Assembly: GCA_964387285.1 (NCBI GenBank)
Contig: CAYLWO010000003.1
Location: 100,759 to 164,758 of the forward strand
DNA: 64,000 nucleotides
Direction of reading: 5' to 3'
DNA from: an uncultured Cytophagia bacterium
GTDB lineage: Bacteria > Zhuqueibacterota > Zhuqueibacteria > Residuimicrobiales > Residuimicrobiaceae
Below, one piece after another: positions 10,989-21,536 of this stretch. The position numbers and the translations under genes were made by a program. Under the pieces are notes generated by a model, which did not search any database, was not told where the DNA came from, and saw only the letters and a list, made by a program, of their open reading frames with translations. The stretch's first letter is position 1. Every line of letters starts with the position of its first letter.

Positions 10989-12509
10989 ATGATAAGCAAT
11001 TTTAAATGGTCTATGGTAAAGCGATTTTTGTTTTTTGTAATTGCCCTGAATGTTCTCTCCTGCAGTAAAAAAACGGATGTTGTCGAGCCCAGGGAAAAAA
11101 TACTGGCCAAGATCGGGAGCGCGACCATCTCTGTTGATGAATTTATTCGCCGTGCAGAATATACCGTGCGTCCTCCGTACTGCCGGGGAAATCAGAATCT
11201 CGATAAAAAAATCGTCATGAATTCGTTGATCGCGGAAAAGCTTTTTTCCATTGAAGCCGGCGACACCAACAGCTTTATCCAATCAGATCGGGTGCAACGC
11301 CATTTGCAGGGCAGGAAAGAGCAAAACATGCGTCAATTGCTCTATGAACAGGAAGCGCGCAACAAGGCGGTCATCGATACGGCTCAGGCCGTCAAAACCG
11401 CCAGGGTGGCGGGAAGAAAATACAGAATCTTTTATTTTAGCGCATCGGACAGCGCCAGAATGGAACATATTAAGGATGAGATCCTTGCCACCGGCGCCTT
11501 TGAAAGCGTTTATTTTAAAGTCACGGGACTGGACACCCTGCCGCAACGGGAGGTCGAGTGGTCAAAACAGGAGCACGACAAAATACTGGATTCGCTTTTT
11601 TCCGCGCCTTTACAAAAAAATCAAGTGGTCGGTCCCATCAAGATCAGCAATCAGCAATATATGTTGATCAAGGTAAACGGCTGGATTGACCGTCCGGCCA
11701 TTACCCAGTCCATGTCCCAGGAAAGGTGGCGCAATATTACGGACGAATTTACCGAACGCGCCTCGACAAAATTGTATGATGATTTCATCCGTAAGGTTAT
11801 GAAATCTAAAAAGATCGAATTTAATCCGAGCACCATGTACAAGATCATTGATTTGATGGGCCCCAGGTATTTTAAAACCGCTGAGGAAAAGGCCAGAATA
11901 CAAGAGCAGTCCCTGGAAAAGCAGGTGGACGACCGTAGCGAGAATGCCGAGCTGGCAAAAGCCATGGAGCAGTTATATGATGAACCCTTTTTCAAGGTTG
12001 ACAACCAGGTGTGGACTGTCAAAATGTTCACCGATGAGTTGATGGTGCATCCGCTGGTTTTTCGCGAACAAAAATTTCCAAAGCAGGAATTTGGCAAGCA
12101 GCTGCAACTCGCCATCATGGATATGGTTCGGGATCGATTTTTGGCCGAAATCGCCTATGAGCGCGGCTATGATCGGATTAACGTAGTGCAACGCAATGTC
12201 AATATGTTCAAGGACAACATCAATTACCAATATCAAAAAACCAGATACTTGCATGGCGTGGTGCCGGACACGGTCGCTGAAATGAATTATATCCCGCTGA
12301 TCGAAAAATATCTCAATCCCTATGTGGATTCGTTACAACGAAAATATTCGGATCAAATCTATGTGGATGTTGCGGCGTTTAACGAAATTCGACTCACTCG
12401 CATCGATCTCAGCGTGACTCAGGAAAACGTGCCGTTCCCGCAAATGGTGCCGTCCTTCCCATTGGTCACGACCGACAACGCACTGGATTACGGCCATAAA
12501 ATGAAATAG
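10989..12509 (+). CDS. Hypothetical lipoprotein, possibly with a SurA-N-like chaperone domain.
   Basis: Lipobox ...ALNVLSCSKK. No confident family assignment from sequence alone. Confidence 0.45.
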   Translation: MISNFKWSMVKRFLFFVIALNVLSCSKKTDVVEPREKILAKIGSATISVDEFIRRAEYTVRPPYCRGNQNLDKKIVMNSLIAEKLFSIEAGDTNSFIQSDRVQRHLQGRKEQNMRQLLYEQEARNKAVIDTAQAVKTARVAGRKYRIFYFSASDSARMEHIKDEILATGAFESVYFKVTGLDTLPQREVEWSKQEHDKILDSLFSAPLQKNQVVGPIKISNQQYMLIKVNGWIDRPAITQSMSQERWRNITDEFTERASTKLYDDFIRKVMKSKKIEFNPSTMYKIIDLMGPRYFKTAEEKARIQEQSLEKQVDDRSENAELAKAMEQLYDEPFFKVDNQVWTVKMFTDELMVHPLVFREQKFPKQEFGKQLQLAIMDMVRDRFLAEIAYERGYDRINVVQRNVNMFKDNINYQYQKTRYLHGVVPDTVAEMNYIPLIEKYLNPYVDSLQRKYSDQIYVDVAAFNEIRLTRIDLSVTQENVPFPQMVPSFPLVTTDNALDYGHKMK

Positions 12510-12547
12510 CCTGTGTATTGCGCATAAATCCTTTCAAATTTCAAGGG

Positions 12548-14980
12548 ATGATTATGAAACGTCTCTTTTCCCTGTTCCTTTGTTTACCAACGTTGTTCAC
12601 TTGTTCGAGTTTCGGCGGCAAGATCACACTGCAATCAGATGCGTTGCAGCTTTCTTTAAATGCGCAAGGCCAGGTGGTTGCGCTGCGCGATCCAGCCGCC
12701 GGCATCAACTATCTTGCCAAGAATCACCCTGCGCCTTTGTTATCCGTTCGTGTGCACGGGCAAGTTCTGCAACCGGATCGGGTTCGCCGGCATAAAGATC
12801 AGCTGATTCTTGATTTTGAAAAAGTCACGACCATTTTCATCCGTACGATCGAACACGACCGTTATATCACTTTTGCGGTTGATTCGGCGACAAATGCAGA
12901 ACAGATTGAATTAGTCATCTGGGGTCCCTATCCGACTACTCTTGGCGAGGTTGTCGGTGAAACCGTAGGCGTGGTGCAAGGCAAGGAATACGCCCTCGCG
13001 ATTCAGGCTCTTAATCCCAAAACCATCGGTGGTTATCCCTGGAACGATAACGATTGTATGCCGCAGATCGATATCTTTGACCAGAAGGATCTGTCGGATA
13101 TGAAGGAAGATGGCAAGCGTTATGTGCTGTATCGCGTGGAGGCGGCCAAACCGGACAGCTTTGGCAGCACGCTACAGGCTTATTGCCGCAATCGCAACAG
13201 TGAGCGCATGATCCAAAATTTGGACCACGAACAATATCTGGCTTCGGCCTATGCTGACGGCGGCATCATCGGTTCCCGGATTGCGCTTTTTGGCTGTACG
13301 GTAAAGGATGTCCTGCCGACCCTAGCCGCTATTGAAATCAATGAAAATTTGCCCCATCCGCAGATCGATGGACAATGGGGTAAAACAGCCCCGACTGCTT
13401 CTGCCGCCTATCTGATAATGGAATTTGGCGAACAAAATATTGAACAGGCGCTGGCCATTACTAAAAAAGCCGGTCTGCGCTATCTCTACCATCCCGAGCC
13501 TTTTGAAACCTGGGGGCATTTTGTTCTGCGGAAAAACATGTTCCCGAACGGAGTGGCCGGCCTGCGGCGTTGTGTTCAGGCGGCCGAGCAAGCCGGAATC
13601 ATGCTTGGCGTACATACTCTGTCCAATTTTATTACTCCGAATGATTCCTATGTGACGCCGGTTCCTGATAAAAGATTGGCCAAAATAGGCGCAACACAAT
13701 TGGAAAACGACATTGATGCACAACAAACCGATATCCCGGTTCACTCGCCCGAACTGTTCAAACCGTCCAAAGGCGACAATCTCAAAACGGTTGTGATCGA
13801 TGATGAATTGGTGCAATATGCCAGGGTCAGTGAGCAAGCACCCTGGACGTTACTGCAGTGCAAGAGGGGCGCCTTCGCTACGCGTCCAGGCGCGCATTTA
13901 AAGGCTGCGGCTGTAGCCAAATTGGCAGATCACGGCTACAAGGTGTTTCTAAGCAACGCAGAGTTATCCATCGAGATGGCGGAACGTATTGCTGATCTCT
14001 TTAACGCCACGGGCTTGAGACAAATTTCCTTTGACGGATTGGAAGGCAATCGCTCCACCGCCATGGGCAACTATGGAGAAATTTTATTTACCACAGCCTG
14101 GTACGACAGGCTGGATGCAAAAATTCGACAGCATTATATTGCCGATGCCAGCCGCACCACGCACTATTTTTGGCATATCTATACGCGTATGAACTGGGGC
14201 GAACCCTGGTATGCGGGATTTCGCGAAAGCCAGACCGAATATCGTTTACGGAATCAACCCTATTTCAAGCGCAACCTCATGCCGGCCATGTTGGGCTGGT
14301 TTCAGATGAAACCGGAGACCAGTCTGGAAGACATGGAATGGATGTTGGCGCGCTCTGCGGGTTTTCATGCCGGATTCGGTCTCGTAGTCCATGAGGCTGC
14401 GCTGCAACAAAATGGCGAGGCGGAGCAGATACTGCAAAGCATTGCGCAATGGGAAAAAGCGCGCATGGCCCTTGCGTTTTCGGAAGAGCAAAAGTCAAGA
14501 ATGCAAAATGTGAAAAATGAATTTCATCTGCAAGCGGTGAACGATCATGAATGGCGACTGACGCCGATTCATTCCTACAAGCTGCAGCATGAGAATGTCC
14601 GCCAACCTGGCGAGCCGCGACAATCGACGCTTACATTTGTCGCTTCCTCTCATCACCAACAGGTCGAATTTCTGCTTACAGCAGACGGCAGCGGGGCGGA
14701 AAACATCGGCCTCGAAATCGATGGTTCTCCTCGCACGCGGCTGCCGGTCACGCTTCGAGATGGACAGGTGCTGCGGTATCGTGGAGGCAACAAGGCTATG
14801 CTGTTAAGTAAAAACTGGGAAAAATTGCAGGACGTTTCAGTTAATCCTGATCTGTTTAGTCTTGCGCAAGGTGAACACACAGTGTCCATTTCCTGTGCTT
14901 TTAAAAACACCGATGCCGGTCGCGTGAAATTGGAACTCAGAGTCTTGGACAACAGTGAAAAGGCAGCAAGGGGATTATGA
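12548..14980 (+). CDS. Hypothetical secreted protein of about 810 aa, presumed glycan-active but with no family recognised.
   Basis: Signal peptide MKRLFSLFLCLPTLFTCSS. Sits inside a run of secreted CAZyme-like genes. Confidence 0.45.
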   Translation: MIMKRLFSLFLCLPTLFTCSSFGGKITLQSDALQLSLNAQGQVVALRDPAAGINYLAKNHPAPLLSVRVHGQVLQPDRVRRHKDQLILDFEKVTTIFIRTIEHDRYITFAVDSATNAEQIELVIWGPYPTTLGEVVGETVGVVQGKEYALAIQALNPKTIGGYPWNDNDCMPQIDIFDQKDLSDMKEDGKRYVLYRVEAAKPDSFGSTLQAYCRNRNSERMIQNLDHEQYLASAYADGGIIGSRIALFGCTVKDVLPTLAAIEINENLPHPQIDGQWGKTAPTASAAYLIMEFGEQNIEQALAITKKAGLRYLYHPEPFETWGHFVLRKNMFPNGVAGLRRCVQAAEQAGIMLGVHTLSNFITPNDSYVTPVPDKRLAKIGATQLENDIDAQQTDIPVHSPELFKPSKGDNLKTVVIDDELVQYARVSEQAPWTLLQCKRGAFATRPGAHLKAAAVAKLADHGYKVFLSNAELSIEMAERIADLFNATGLRQISFDGLEGNRSTAMGNYGEILFTTAWYDRLDAKIRQHYIADASRTTHYFWHIYTRMNWGEPWYAGFRESQTEYRLRNQPYFKRNLMPAMLGWFQMKPETSLEDMEWMLARSAGFHAGFGLVVHEAALQQNGEAEQILQSIAQWEKARMALAFSEEQKSRMQNVKNEFHLQAVNDHEWRLTPIHSYKLQHENVRQPGEPRQSTLTFVASSHHQQVEFLLTADGSGAENIGLEIDGSPRTRLPVTLRDGQVLRYRGGNKAMLLSKNWEKLQDVSVNPDLFSLAQGEHTVSISCAFKNTDAGRVKLELRVLDNSEKAARGL

Positions 14981-17253
14981 TGTTTGCCAACAGGACGTTT
15001 TCAATTCTATATTTATTGACCACTGGCGTCTGCTCGGTTGTTTGTGGAGAAAAGATCACTCTGGTGGAAAATCACGCCTCTGTCTATAGAATTGTCAAAC
15101 CGTTTGCAGCGGATTCGCTGGAAGATCGGGCGGCTGTGGCGTTGCAGAGCTATCTTGCACAGATCAGCGGCGTCACCTTGTCCATCGTCGACGACCGGCA
15201 GCCGTTTGTTTCGCAGTCCATCCTGATCGGTCACAACAGCCATTTGCTGCGGGCAGGATTCGATCCTGAATCCTTGAATCCCGGCGATGACGGTTTCATC
15301 ATTAAAAGCTGTGGATCGACAGTGATCCTTTATGCAAAATCTTCCCAGGCCGTGCTTTATGCGGTATATGCATTTCTGGAGGATCATCTTGGTTGCCGTA
15401 TGTATGCGCCGGATGCGATTAAAATTCCCCGTCAAGAACAGCTTTCGTTTGATGAAATCGACGACCGACAGGCGCCCTTTTTTACCTGGCGGGAAACTCT
15501 GCACTACTTTCCCTATACCAGCCAGGTCTATTGCGACTGGCATAAATTGCAGAACCGCCGGTCATCCAGAGAAAAGTGGGGCATGTGGGTGCATACCTTC
15601 GACCGGCTGGTTCCGGCGGAAAAATATTTTACGCAACATCCCGAATATTTCAGCGAGATCAACGGCATTCGTTATCGCGACGGTCAGCTTTGCCTCACCA
15701 ATCCGGATGTGCTGAATACGGTCATCGAGAATTTGCGTGGAATGATCAAGGAAAAGCCGGATGCGCTTTACTGGTCGGTTTCACAAAATGACAATTATAA
15801 CTATTGCACCTGCCCGACGTGCCGAGCGCAGGATGAAAAACACGGTTCCCACAGCGGGTCTTTATTGAGCTTTGTCAACCAGGTGGCAGCCAGTTTTCCC
15901 GACAAGATCATTTCTACTCTGGCCTATCAATACACCCGCCAGGCGCCCCAGGATTTGCGGCCGCTAAAAAACGTCAATATCATGTTCTGCTCCATTGAAT
16001 GCAATCGCAGCAAACCGTTGGCCAGTGATCCGGGAGAGGCGGCGTTTCGCAGGGATTTGGAGGATTGGGGCGCGTTGACCTCCAACATCATTGTCTGGGA
16101 TTATGTCGTGCAGTTTCGCAATCTTTTGGATCCGTTTCCCAATTTACACGTGCTGCAACCCAATCTGCAATACTTTCGTGATCACAACTGTCGCCTGATG
16201 TTTCAGCAGGGGAGCGGCTACAATATCAGCGAGATGCATGAACTGCGCACCTATCTCATTGCCAAACTGCTGTGGAATCCGGATATTGATATCGAGAAAG
16301 TGAAACGGGATTTTCTCGAAGGATATTATGGCGCTGCCGGACGATATATCGGCGATTATCTTGATCTGTTGCACAAAAGCCTGATCGCCTCGGACGCCAA
16401 ACTGGATATTTATGGTTATCCGTTTGACGCCATCCATACCTATCTTACGCCTGAATTGCTGAGCTCTTATCAAACCTGTTTTGCGCAAGCGAGAAAAGCG
16501 GTGCAAAAAGACTCGCTTTTGTTGGCCCGGGTGGAACGGGCGGAATTGGCCGTCGAGTTTGCTGTTCTGGACATCTCTTTGCATGATATCAACAGCGAGC
16601 TTGCCTTTGTTCAGCAAAAGGCGGGAAAACGAATTCCGAATCAGGGCATGCTTCGACGCCTGGAAGAGTTTGTCCAAGCTTGTTCGCGACACGGCATTGA
16701 GCGTTTGGAAGAACACGGTTACTCGCCGCTAGAATTTCAAAAAAATATTCTGGCCATGGTCGCCAAAGCGACCAATCCTAACAAAGCGCATGGGAAACCG
16801 GTCCGGCTTTTGACTGCCTGCAGTGAAAAGTATCCGGCCGGCGGTGGGCCGGCATTAACTGACGGCAAATACGGCCAGGTGGATTATCACTATAACTGGC
16901 TCGGATTCGAAAATGCGCATCTCGAGGCAGTAATCGATTTGCAGAAGGAAACCGAAATTCAGGAAATCAGCGCTGATTTTTTACAGCACGATTTGGACTG
17001 GGTTTTTCTGCCGCTGGTAGTTGAATATGCCGTTTCCAGCGATGGAAAAAAGTTTAGTAAGGTTGGTCGCCTGGAGCACGCTGTTCAGCCCACCGGCGCT
17101 AAACGATTTTTGCACTCTTTTACTCAGCCGCTGGTTGGAATAAAAGCCCGCTACGTCAAGATACTTGCGGAATCGGTCAAGTTGTGTCCTGCCTGGCATC
17201 GCGGCTCTGGCCAGCCGGCGTGGATTTTTATTGATGAAGTGATTGTACGATAA
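14977..17253 (+). CDS. DUF4838-like protein with a C-terminal discoidin (F5/8 type C)-like carbohydrate-binding domain.
   Basis: Start overlaps the upstream stop (ATGA). N-terminal block KITLVENHASVYRIV...AAVALQSYLAQISG resembles Bacteroides DUF4838 glycan-locus proteins. C-terminal GGPALTDGKYGQVDYHYNWLGFENAHLEAVIDL is discoidin-like. Confidence 0.5.
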   Translation: MMFANRTFSILYLLTTGVCSVVCGEKITLVENHASVYRIVKPFAADSLEDRAAVALQSYLAQISGVTLSIVDDRQPFVSQSILIGHNSHLLRAGFDPESLNPGDDGFIIKSCGSTVILYAKSSQAVLYAVYAFLEDHLGCRMYAPDAIKIPRQEQLSFDEIDDRQAPFFTWRETLHYFPYTSQVYCDWHKLQNRRSSREKWGMWVHTFDRLVPAEKYFTQHPEYFSEINGIRYRDGQLCLTNPDVLNTVIENLRGMIKEKPDALYWSVSQNDNYNYCTCPTCRAQDEKHGSHSGSLLSFVNQVAASFPDKIISTLAYQYTRQAPQDLRPLKNVNIMFCSIECNRSKPLASDPGEAAFRRDLEDWGALTSNIIVWDYVVQFRNLLDPFPNLHVLQPNLQYFRDHNCRLMFQQGSGYNISEMHELRTYLIAKLLWNPDIDIEKVKRDFLEGYYGAAGRYIGDYLDLLHKSLIASDAKLDIYGYPFDAIHTYLTPELLSSYQTCFAQARKAVQKDSLLLARVERAELAVEFAVLDISLHDINSELAFVQQKAGKRIPNQGMLRRLEEFVQACSRHGIERLEEHGYSPLEFQKNILAMVAKATNPNKAHGKPVRLLTACSEKYPAGGGPALTDGKYGQVDYHYNWLGFENAHLEAVIDLQKETEIQEISADFLQHDLDWVFLPLVVEYAVSSDGKKFSKVGRLEHAVQPTGAKRFLHSFTQPLVGIKARYVKILAESVKLCPAWHRGSGQPAWIFIDEVIVR

Positions 17254-17254
17254 T

Positions 17255-17350
17255 GTAATCGCTCCATTCAGATAATATAAAAACCATGTCATTGCGAGCG
17301 GAGGCACAATCGCTGACAAAGGGAAGAGCTGCGCTGGAGTGAAGCAATCC
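17255..17350. repeat. Intergenic repeat family 1, copy B.
   Basis: taatgtaatcgctccattcagataatataaaaaccatgtcattgcgagcgg...gctggagtgaagcaatcc; homologous to 10776-10910 and shares its 5' module with 19181-19200. Confidence 0.5.
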
Positions 17351-17395
17351 TCTTATACAGCAAGAGATGTTATTAAATTCAAAAAATGGGTGACT

Positions 17396-17430
17396 AACCC
17401 CGGGGTCGCGTTTTTTGCGACCCCGGGTGT
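17396..17430. terminator. Strong palindromic stem-loop between the DUF4838-like and fucosidase genes; possible terminator.
   Basis: AACCCCGGGGTCGC-GTTTTTT-GCGACCCCGGGTG is a 12-13 bp stem. The T-run sits in the loop rather than 3' of the stem, so the call is tentative. Confidence 0.35.
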
Positions 17431-17492
17431 TCCATAGCTCTCTATTTGTGGGACAGCGATTCTTTCTCAAATATTCAAATAAGGATAATGTC

Positions 17493-18980
17493 ATGTTTAA
17501 AGAAATGCTGCTTCTTTTTACCTCTGTCCTGATCTGTGCTGCCGTCGCACAGCATGAGGAGCAAAAATATTTTCCTGATCCGAATCCGGTTGTTCAGAAA
17601 AGAATTCAGGAATGGCAAAACCTGAAATTCGGATTGCTCATGCACTGGGGCGGTTATAGTCAATGGGGCATTGTCGAATCCTGGTCCCTGTGTCCCGAGG
17701 ATTACGGCTGGTGCGAACGCAAGATGGGCGCCAACAGCCGCGACTATTTTTCCTATAAAAAAGAGTATGAAAATTTGAAACTCACCTTTAATCCCATCAA
17801 TTTCGATCCGAAAAAGTGGGCGCAGGCTGCCAAACAGGCCGGTATGCGCTATGTGGTCTTTACCACCAAACATCACGACGGATTTTGCATGTACGACACG
17901 AAGCAAACCGATTACAAAATTACCGATCAAGACTGCCCGTTTCACAGCCATGAGAACGCCGATGTGACCAAAGCCATTTTTAACGCCTTCCGTGAACAGG
18001 GAATGTGGACCGGCGCCTATTTCTCCAAGCCGGACTGGCATTGCGAGAACTATTGGCATCCCTATTATCCGCCGCTGGATCGCAATGTGAATTACGATCC
18101 TCTGGAATATCCCGAACGCTGGGAGAAGTATGTGCAGTTCACCCACAACCAGATCATGGAATTGATGAGCAACTATGGCAAAGTGGATATTCTGTGGTTG
18201 GACGGCGGTTGGGTGGCGAAACTGTCCAGGGAAGAGGTGCAGAATTATTGGAAAAAAGAAGTTGAAACAACGGCATCCGGTTTTATCAAATCCCGCATTG
18301 TGAATCAGGACATTCGCATGGACGAACTGGTGGCCAAAGCGCGCGCCAAACAACCCGAGTTGATTGTAGTGGACCGCGCGGTGCCGGGAGTGAACCAGAA
18401 TTATCTGACTCCGGAAAACCGCGTGCCGGAAAAAATGCTGCCTTATCCCTGGGAGTCCTGTATCATTATGGGCGGCGGCTGGGGCTGGGTGCCGAATCCG
18501 AAATTCATGAGCAGCCGCGAGCTGGTGCACATGCTGGTGGACATTGTGGCCAAGGGCGGCAATTTGCTGCTCAATCTGGGTCCGGCGCCGGACGGCAGCT
18601 GGCCTGAAGAAGCCTATGTCCGGCTGCAGAACATCGGCGAGTGGATGAAAGTTAACAGCAAAGCGATTTACGATTCCCGTCCCATTGCACCGTACAAGGA
18701 AGAACAGATTTGTCTGACCAAAAAACCTGACGGCAAGGTGTACGCCATTTATCTGGCAAAGGATGGCGAGAACGTGATGCCGGCAGAAATGCATCTGAAA
18801 TCTTTGCAATTGCAAAACGGCGCTGTGCTCAGGTTATTGGGTTATGCTAAACCGCTGCAATGGAAAAAAGCGGACCAGGGATTCACTGTATACCTGCCTA
18901 AATCTGTTTGCGCTGCGCCGCCGTGCCAGTATGCGTGGACCATAGAGATCTCGGGAGTAAAAGACCTCACAGGTCTGTGA
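17493..18980 (+). CDS. Alpha-L-fucosidase (GH29).
   Basis: AAGGA RBS 7 nt upstream of the ATG. Signal peptide. GH29 signature YVVFTTKHHDGFCMYDTKQTDYKI and LLMHWGGYSQWG. Confidence 0.8.
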   Translation: MFKEMLLLFTSVLICAAVAQHEEQKYFPDPNPVVQKRIQEWQNLKFGLLMHWGGYSQWGIVESWSLCPEDYGWCERKMGANSRDYFSYKKEYENLKLTFNPINFDPKKWAQAAKQAGMRYVVFTTKHHDGFCMYDTKQTDYKITDQDCPFHSHENADVTKAIFNAFREQGMWTGAYFSKPDWHCENYWHPYYPPLDRNVNYDPLEYPERWEKYVQFTHNQIMELMSNYGKVDILWLDGGWVAKLSREEVQNYWKKEVETTASGFIKSRIVNQDIRMDELVAKARAKQPELIVVDRAVPGVNQNYLTPENRVPEKMLPYPWESCIIMGGGWGWVPNPKFMSSRELVHMLVDIVAKGGNLLLNLGPAPDGSWPEEAYVRLQNIGEWMKVNSKAIYDSRPIAPYKEEQICLTKKPDGKVYAIYLAKDGENVMPAEMHLKSLQLQNGAVLRLLGYAKPLQWKKADQGFTVYLPKSVCAAPPCQYAWTIEISGVKDLTGL

Positions 18981-19063
18981 GATTTATCCTGATTATTCCT
19001 TAATTTGAACGATATGTGCTCAAAAAATAAACGTGAGGTTATCCAAAAAGCAAGTTTAGCAAA

Positions 19064-19200
19064 TAGTTTCGGTTTTTACCGGAATTTTCTCCGCTTAAAG
19101 TAGGCGGAACCAAGTGCCAATTAAAAAATATTAGGTTACGTATTGTTCGTATAGCAAACTTTTGGGACAACCTCAAGGAAAATGCAATCGCTCCATTCAG
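19064..19200. repeat. Intergenic repeat family 2, copy 1: a composite of the ccggaa(a/t)tttctccgc-taaag-ggcggaac hairpin module, aattaaaaa(a)tattaggtta, aactttt-gacaacc-caagg, and the 5' module of family 1.
   Basis: Module-by-module similarity to 50173-50322. The core hairpin is also at 36594-36625. Ends with aatgcaatcgctccattcag, which matches 17251-17270. Confidence 0.5.
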
Positions 19201-19288
19201 GTACTTGCCGGTTTTTTAAATTATGAACTGTCACTGGATTTAGTCTGAATTACTCTTCACAGCATAATTTTTATAGGAGGACAAAGCA

Positions 19289-20002
19289 ATGCATCGTTTT
19301 TCACGACTTTCTATCCTGCCTGTGGTTGTCGCTGTTGGTGCGGTGTTGCTTACACAATGCGGCTCATCCAACAAGTTGCACAATTACCAGTTCAACGAAC
19401 GCACCATTGCCACGCAAATGCTGACGCCGCCGGCTCCTATTGTATTCTCTGATTCCTTTATCTGGATCGACAAGGACGATCCCATCGGTTCGGTTCTCCG
19501 CATCGGCACGACCATCGCCAAAGAAATCGAGGCAAGCAAGGTGCGGGCGCGCCTGGACAGCGCCATGCAGCAGGTGGACATTCCGCTGCTGGTAGAGGAC
19601 ATGGTTGCGGAAAAAGGCGCCAAAGTGTTGCGTTGTCAAAATATCGCTGAACCGAAAAAGGCGGATTTTCTTTTAGACATTGACATCAAAAAATACGGCA
19701 TTGAAGCAGAATCGTGGTTTGCCACAACTCGCTTCCGCATGGAGATTGAGGTAACTTTGGTCGACAATGCCGCCACAGCGCGAATCTGGAAGAAAAAAGT
19801 CAAAGAGAACCTGAAGATTGCGCCCACGATTTTCGGCCTCGGTCAGTCGATCAACAATGTGGTCACAGCCGCGGCACTGGCCAACCTGTCTGTAGATGAA
19901 ATCGCCGCAGGATTGCGATCGCTGGCAGAAACCGCCGCTGACCGGATTGTCAAAAAGCTGCAGCAGGATTTGTACAAAGCCAATGAGAAAATCAGGGATT
20001 GA
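19289..20002 (+). CDS. Hypothetical lipoprotein.
   Basis: AGGAGG RBS. Signal ...VLLTQCGSS lipobox. Confidence 0.5.
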   Translation: MHRFSRLSILPVVVAVGAVLLTQCGSSNKLHNYQFNERTIATQMLTPPAPIVFSDSFIWIDKDDPIGSVLRIGTTIAKEIEASKVRARLDSAMQQVDIPLLVEDMVAEKGAKVLRCQNIAEPKKADFLLDIDIKKYGIEAESWFATTRFRMEIEVTLVDNAATARIWKKKVKENLKIAPTIFGLGQSINNVVTAAALANLSVDEIAAGLRSLAETAADRIVKKLQQDLYKANEKIRD

Positions 20003-20173
20003 CCTCACAAGAACTCGAGTCCTATTCTGAGATCATAATTTGGATTTTTCACCCGCCAAAATTCGGAGGAATGACAAACCAACCGGACTTTGCGCAGCTG
20101 TACTGGAGGTATAAATTCCATACCGACTTTGCGGAGACCTGGCCGGTGCGATCCAGGAGAGCAATTCGAGTAT

Positions 20174-21379
20174 ATGAGGATAATGATGAAGAGAGCCCAG
20201 CTTATAATCTGTCTTATTGTTTTAACAGCTTGGAACTGGTTCATCATGACGAGTTGCCGTTCAGGGCATATTGCTGAGCCCGAACAATCAATCGAAATAT
20301 CCATTCCGGCTGTCACCGACGATGGTTGGGAGGTAGCTTCACCGAGCAGCGTTGGTATGGACGCTGTCAAGTTCGGCCAGTTATTTATCCAACTGGATCA
20401 GATTGGCGAACATCGGATTCACAGCATTCTGGTTGTCAGAGATGATAAATTGGTTATTGAAAAATATTATGCCGGTCGCAAATTCAATCTGGGGCAATAT
20501 ACCGGCGGCGTTGGTTATGACCTCAATGACGTACATGTCCTCTGTTCAGCAACCAAAAGCGTCTGTTCAGCCCTTTTCGGCATCGCCATGGATCGCGGAT
20601 ATATACAGTCAATTGAACAAAAGGTTTTTGATTTTTTCCCAGAGTATGCCGACTTGGCAACGCCTGCTAAAGCCGGAATGACGATCAAGCACCTGCTCAC
20701 CATGACCTCCGGCTTTGCCTATGATGACGAGTCTTTGCCTTACACGGATCCCAGAAATGATATGAACCGTTTTTTTACTAGCCGTGATCCGATGTCGTTT
20801 CTGCTTGGGCTGCCGCTGTTTGCCGAACCTGGCGCTGTTTTCGATTACGATAATTGCAACACCAACATTATCGGACAAATCATTTCCAGGGCTGTCGGTG
20901 ATCGTTTGGATGTGTTTGCTAAAGAGGAATTGTTCGATAAACTGGGAATCCGGGAACATCAATGGCAAACGGTTCGCAACAATGTCATTCTCAGCTCCGG
21001 TGATTTGCATCTTCGGCCCAGAGATATGGCAAAATTGGGCCTGCTCTTTCTACACCGGGGCCAATGGAAAGGTACAACCATCATTTCGTCCGCCTGGTGT
21101 GATCGTTCAACCGCGACGATTCTCAATCCCAGTGAATATACAAATGAATTTCAAGCGGTCGACGGTTATGGTTTTCAATGGTGGCAAAAGAACTATACGC
21201 TCAATAAGAAAGTATATCATTCCTATTTTGCCTGGGGATGGGGTGGACAGACCATTATCATGATTCCGCCATTGAATCTGGTAATCGTCACCACAGCCGG
21301 CAACTGGTACGAGCCGGAGATTATCTCTCCGTTTACCCTTGTCGCCGATTATATCATTCCGTCGGTAAAAAGTAATTAA
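20174..21379 (+). CDS. Serine hydrolase of the beta-lactamase fold (class C / esterase-like) family; lipoprotein.
   Basis: S-x-x-K motif LCSATKSVCSALFGIAMDRG. Lipobox ...IMTSCRSG. Start chosen at the MRIMMKRAQL... region. Confidence 0.7.
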   Translation: MRIMMKRAQLIICLIVLTAWNWFIMTSCRSGHIAEPEQSIEISIPAVTDDGWEVASPSSVGMDAVKFGQLFIQLDQIGEHRIHSILVVRDDKLVIEKYYAGRKFNLGQYTGGVGYDLNDVHVLCSATKSVCSALFGIAMDRGYIQSIEQKVFDFFPEYADLATPAKAGMTIKHLLTMTSGFAYDDESLPYTDPRNDMNRFFTSRDPMSFLLGLPLFAEPGAVFDYDNCNTNIIGQIISRAVGDRLDVFAKEELFDKLGIREHQWQTVRNNVILSSGDLHLRPRDMAKLGLLFLHRGQWKGTTIISSAWCDRSTATILNPSEYTNEFQAVDGYGFQWWQKNYTLNKKVYHSYFAWGWGGQTIIMIPPLNLVIVTTAGNWYEPEIISPFTLVADYIIPSVKSN

Positions 21380-21536
21380 ATCAAGCCAGGATCTTAATCC
21401 CAGTGCATGCCTCTGTTCGCCAAAACGGTGTACATGATTTCATCTGGCTAAATAGAGCGATTTTTCATCGTTATTAAGTGTGCAAGTTGGGCTGGTCAAT
21501 CGGTCTGGAATTAAAAATATCAGGATTAACAAAAAA

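Noticed and set aside
17288-17345. Short ORF MSLRAEAQSLTKGRAALE inside repeat family 1 (and MSLRSKERLL... in copy A).
   Set aside because: Only the first four codons are shared. Indels between copies destroy the frame, so the conservation is at the nucleotide or structure level, not the protein level.
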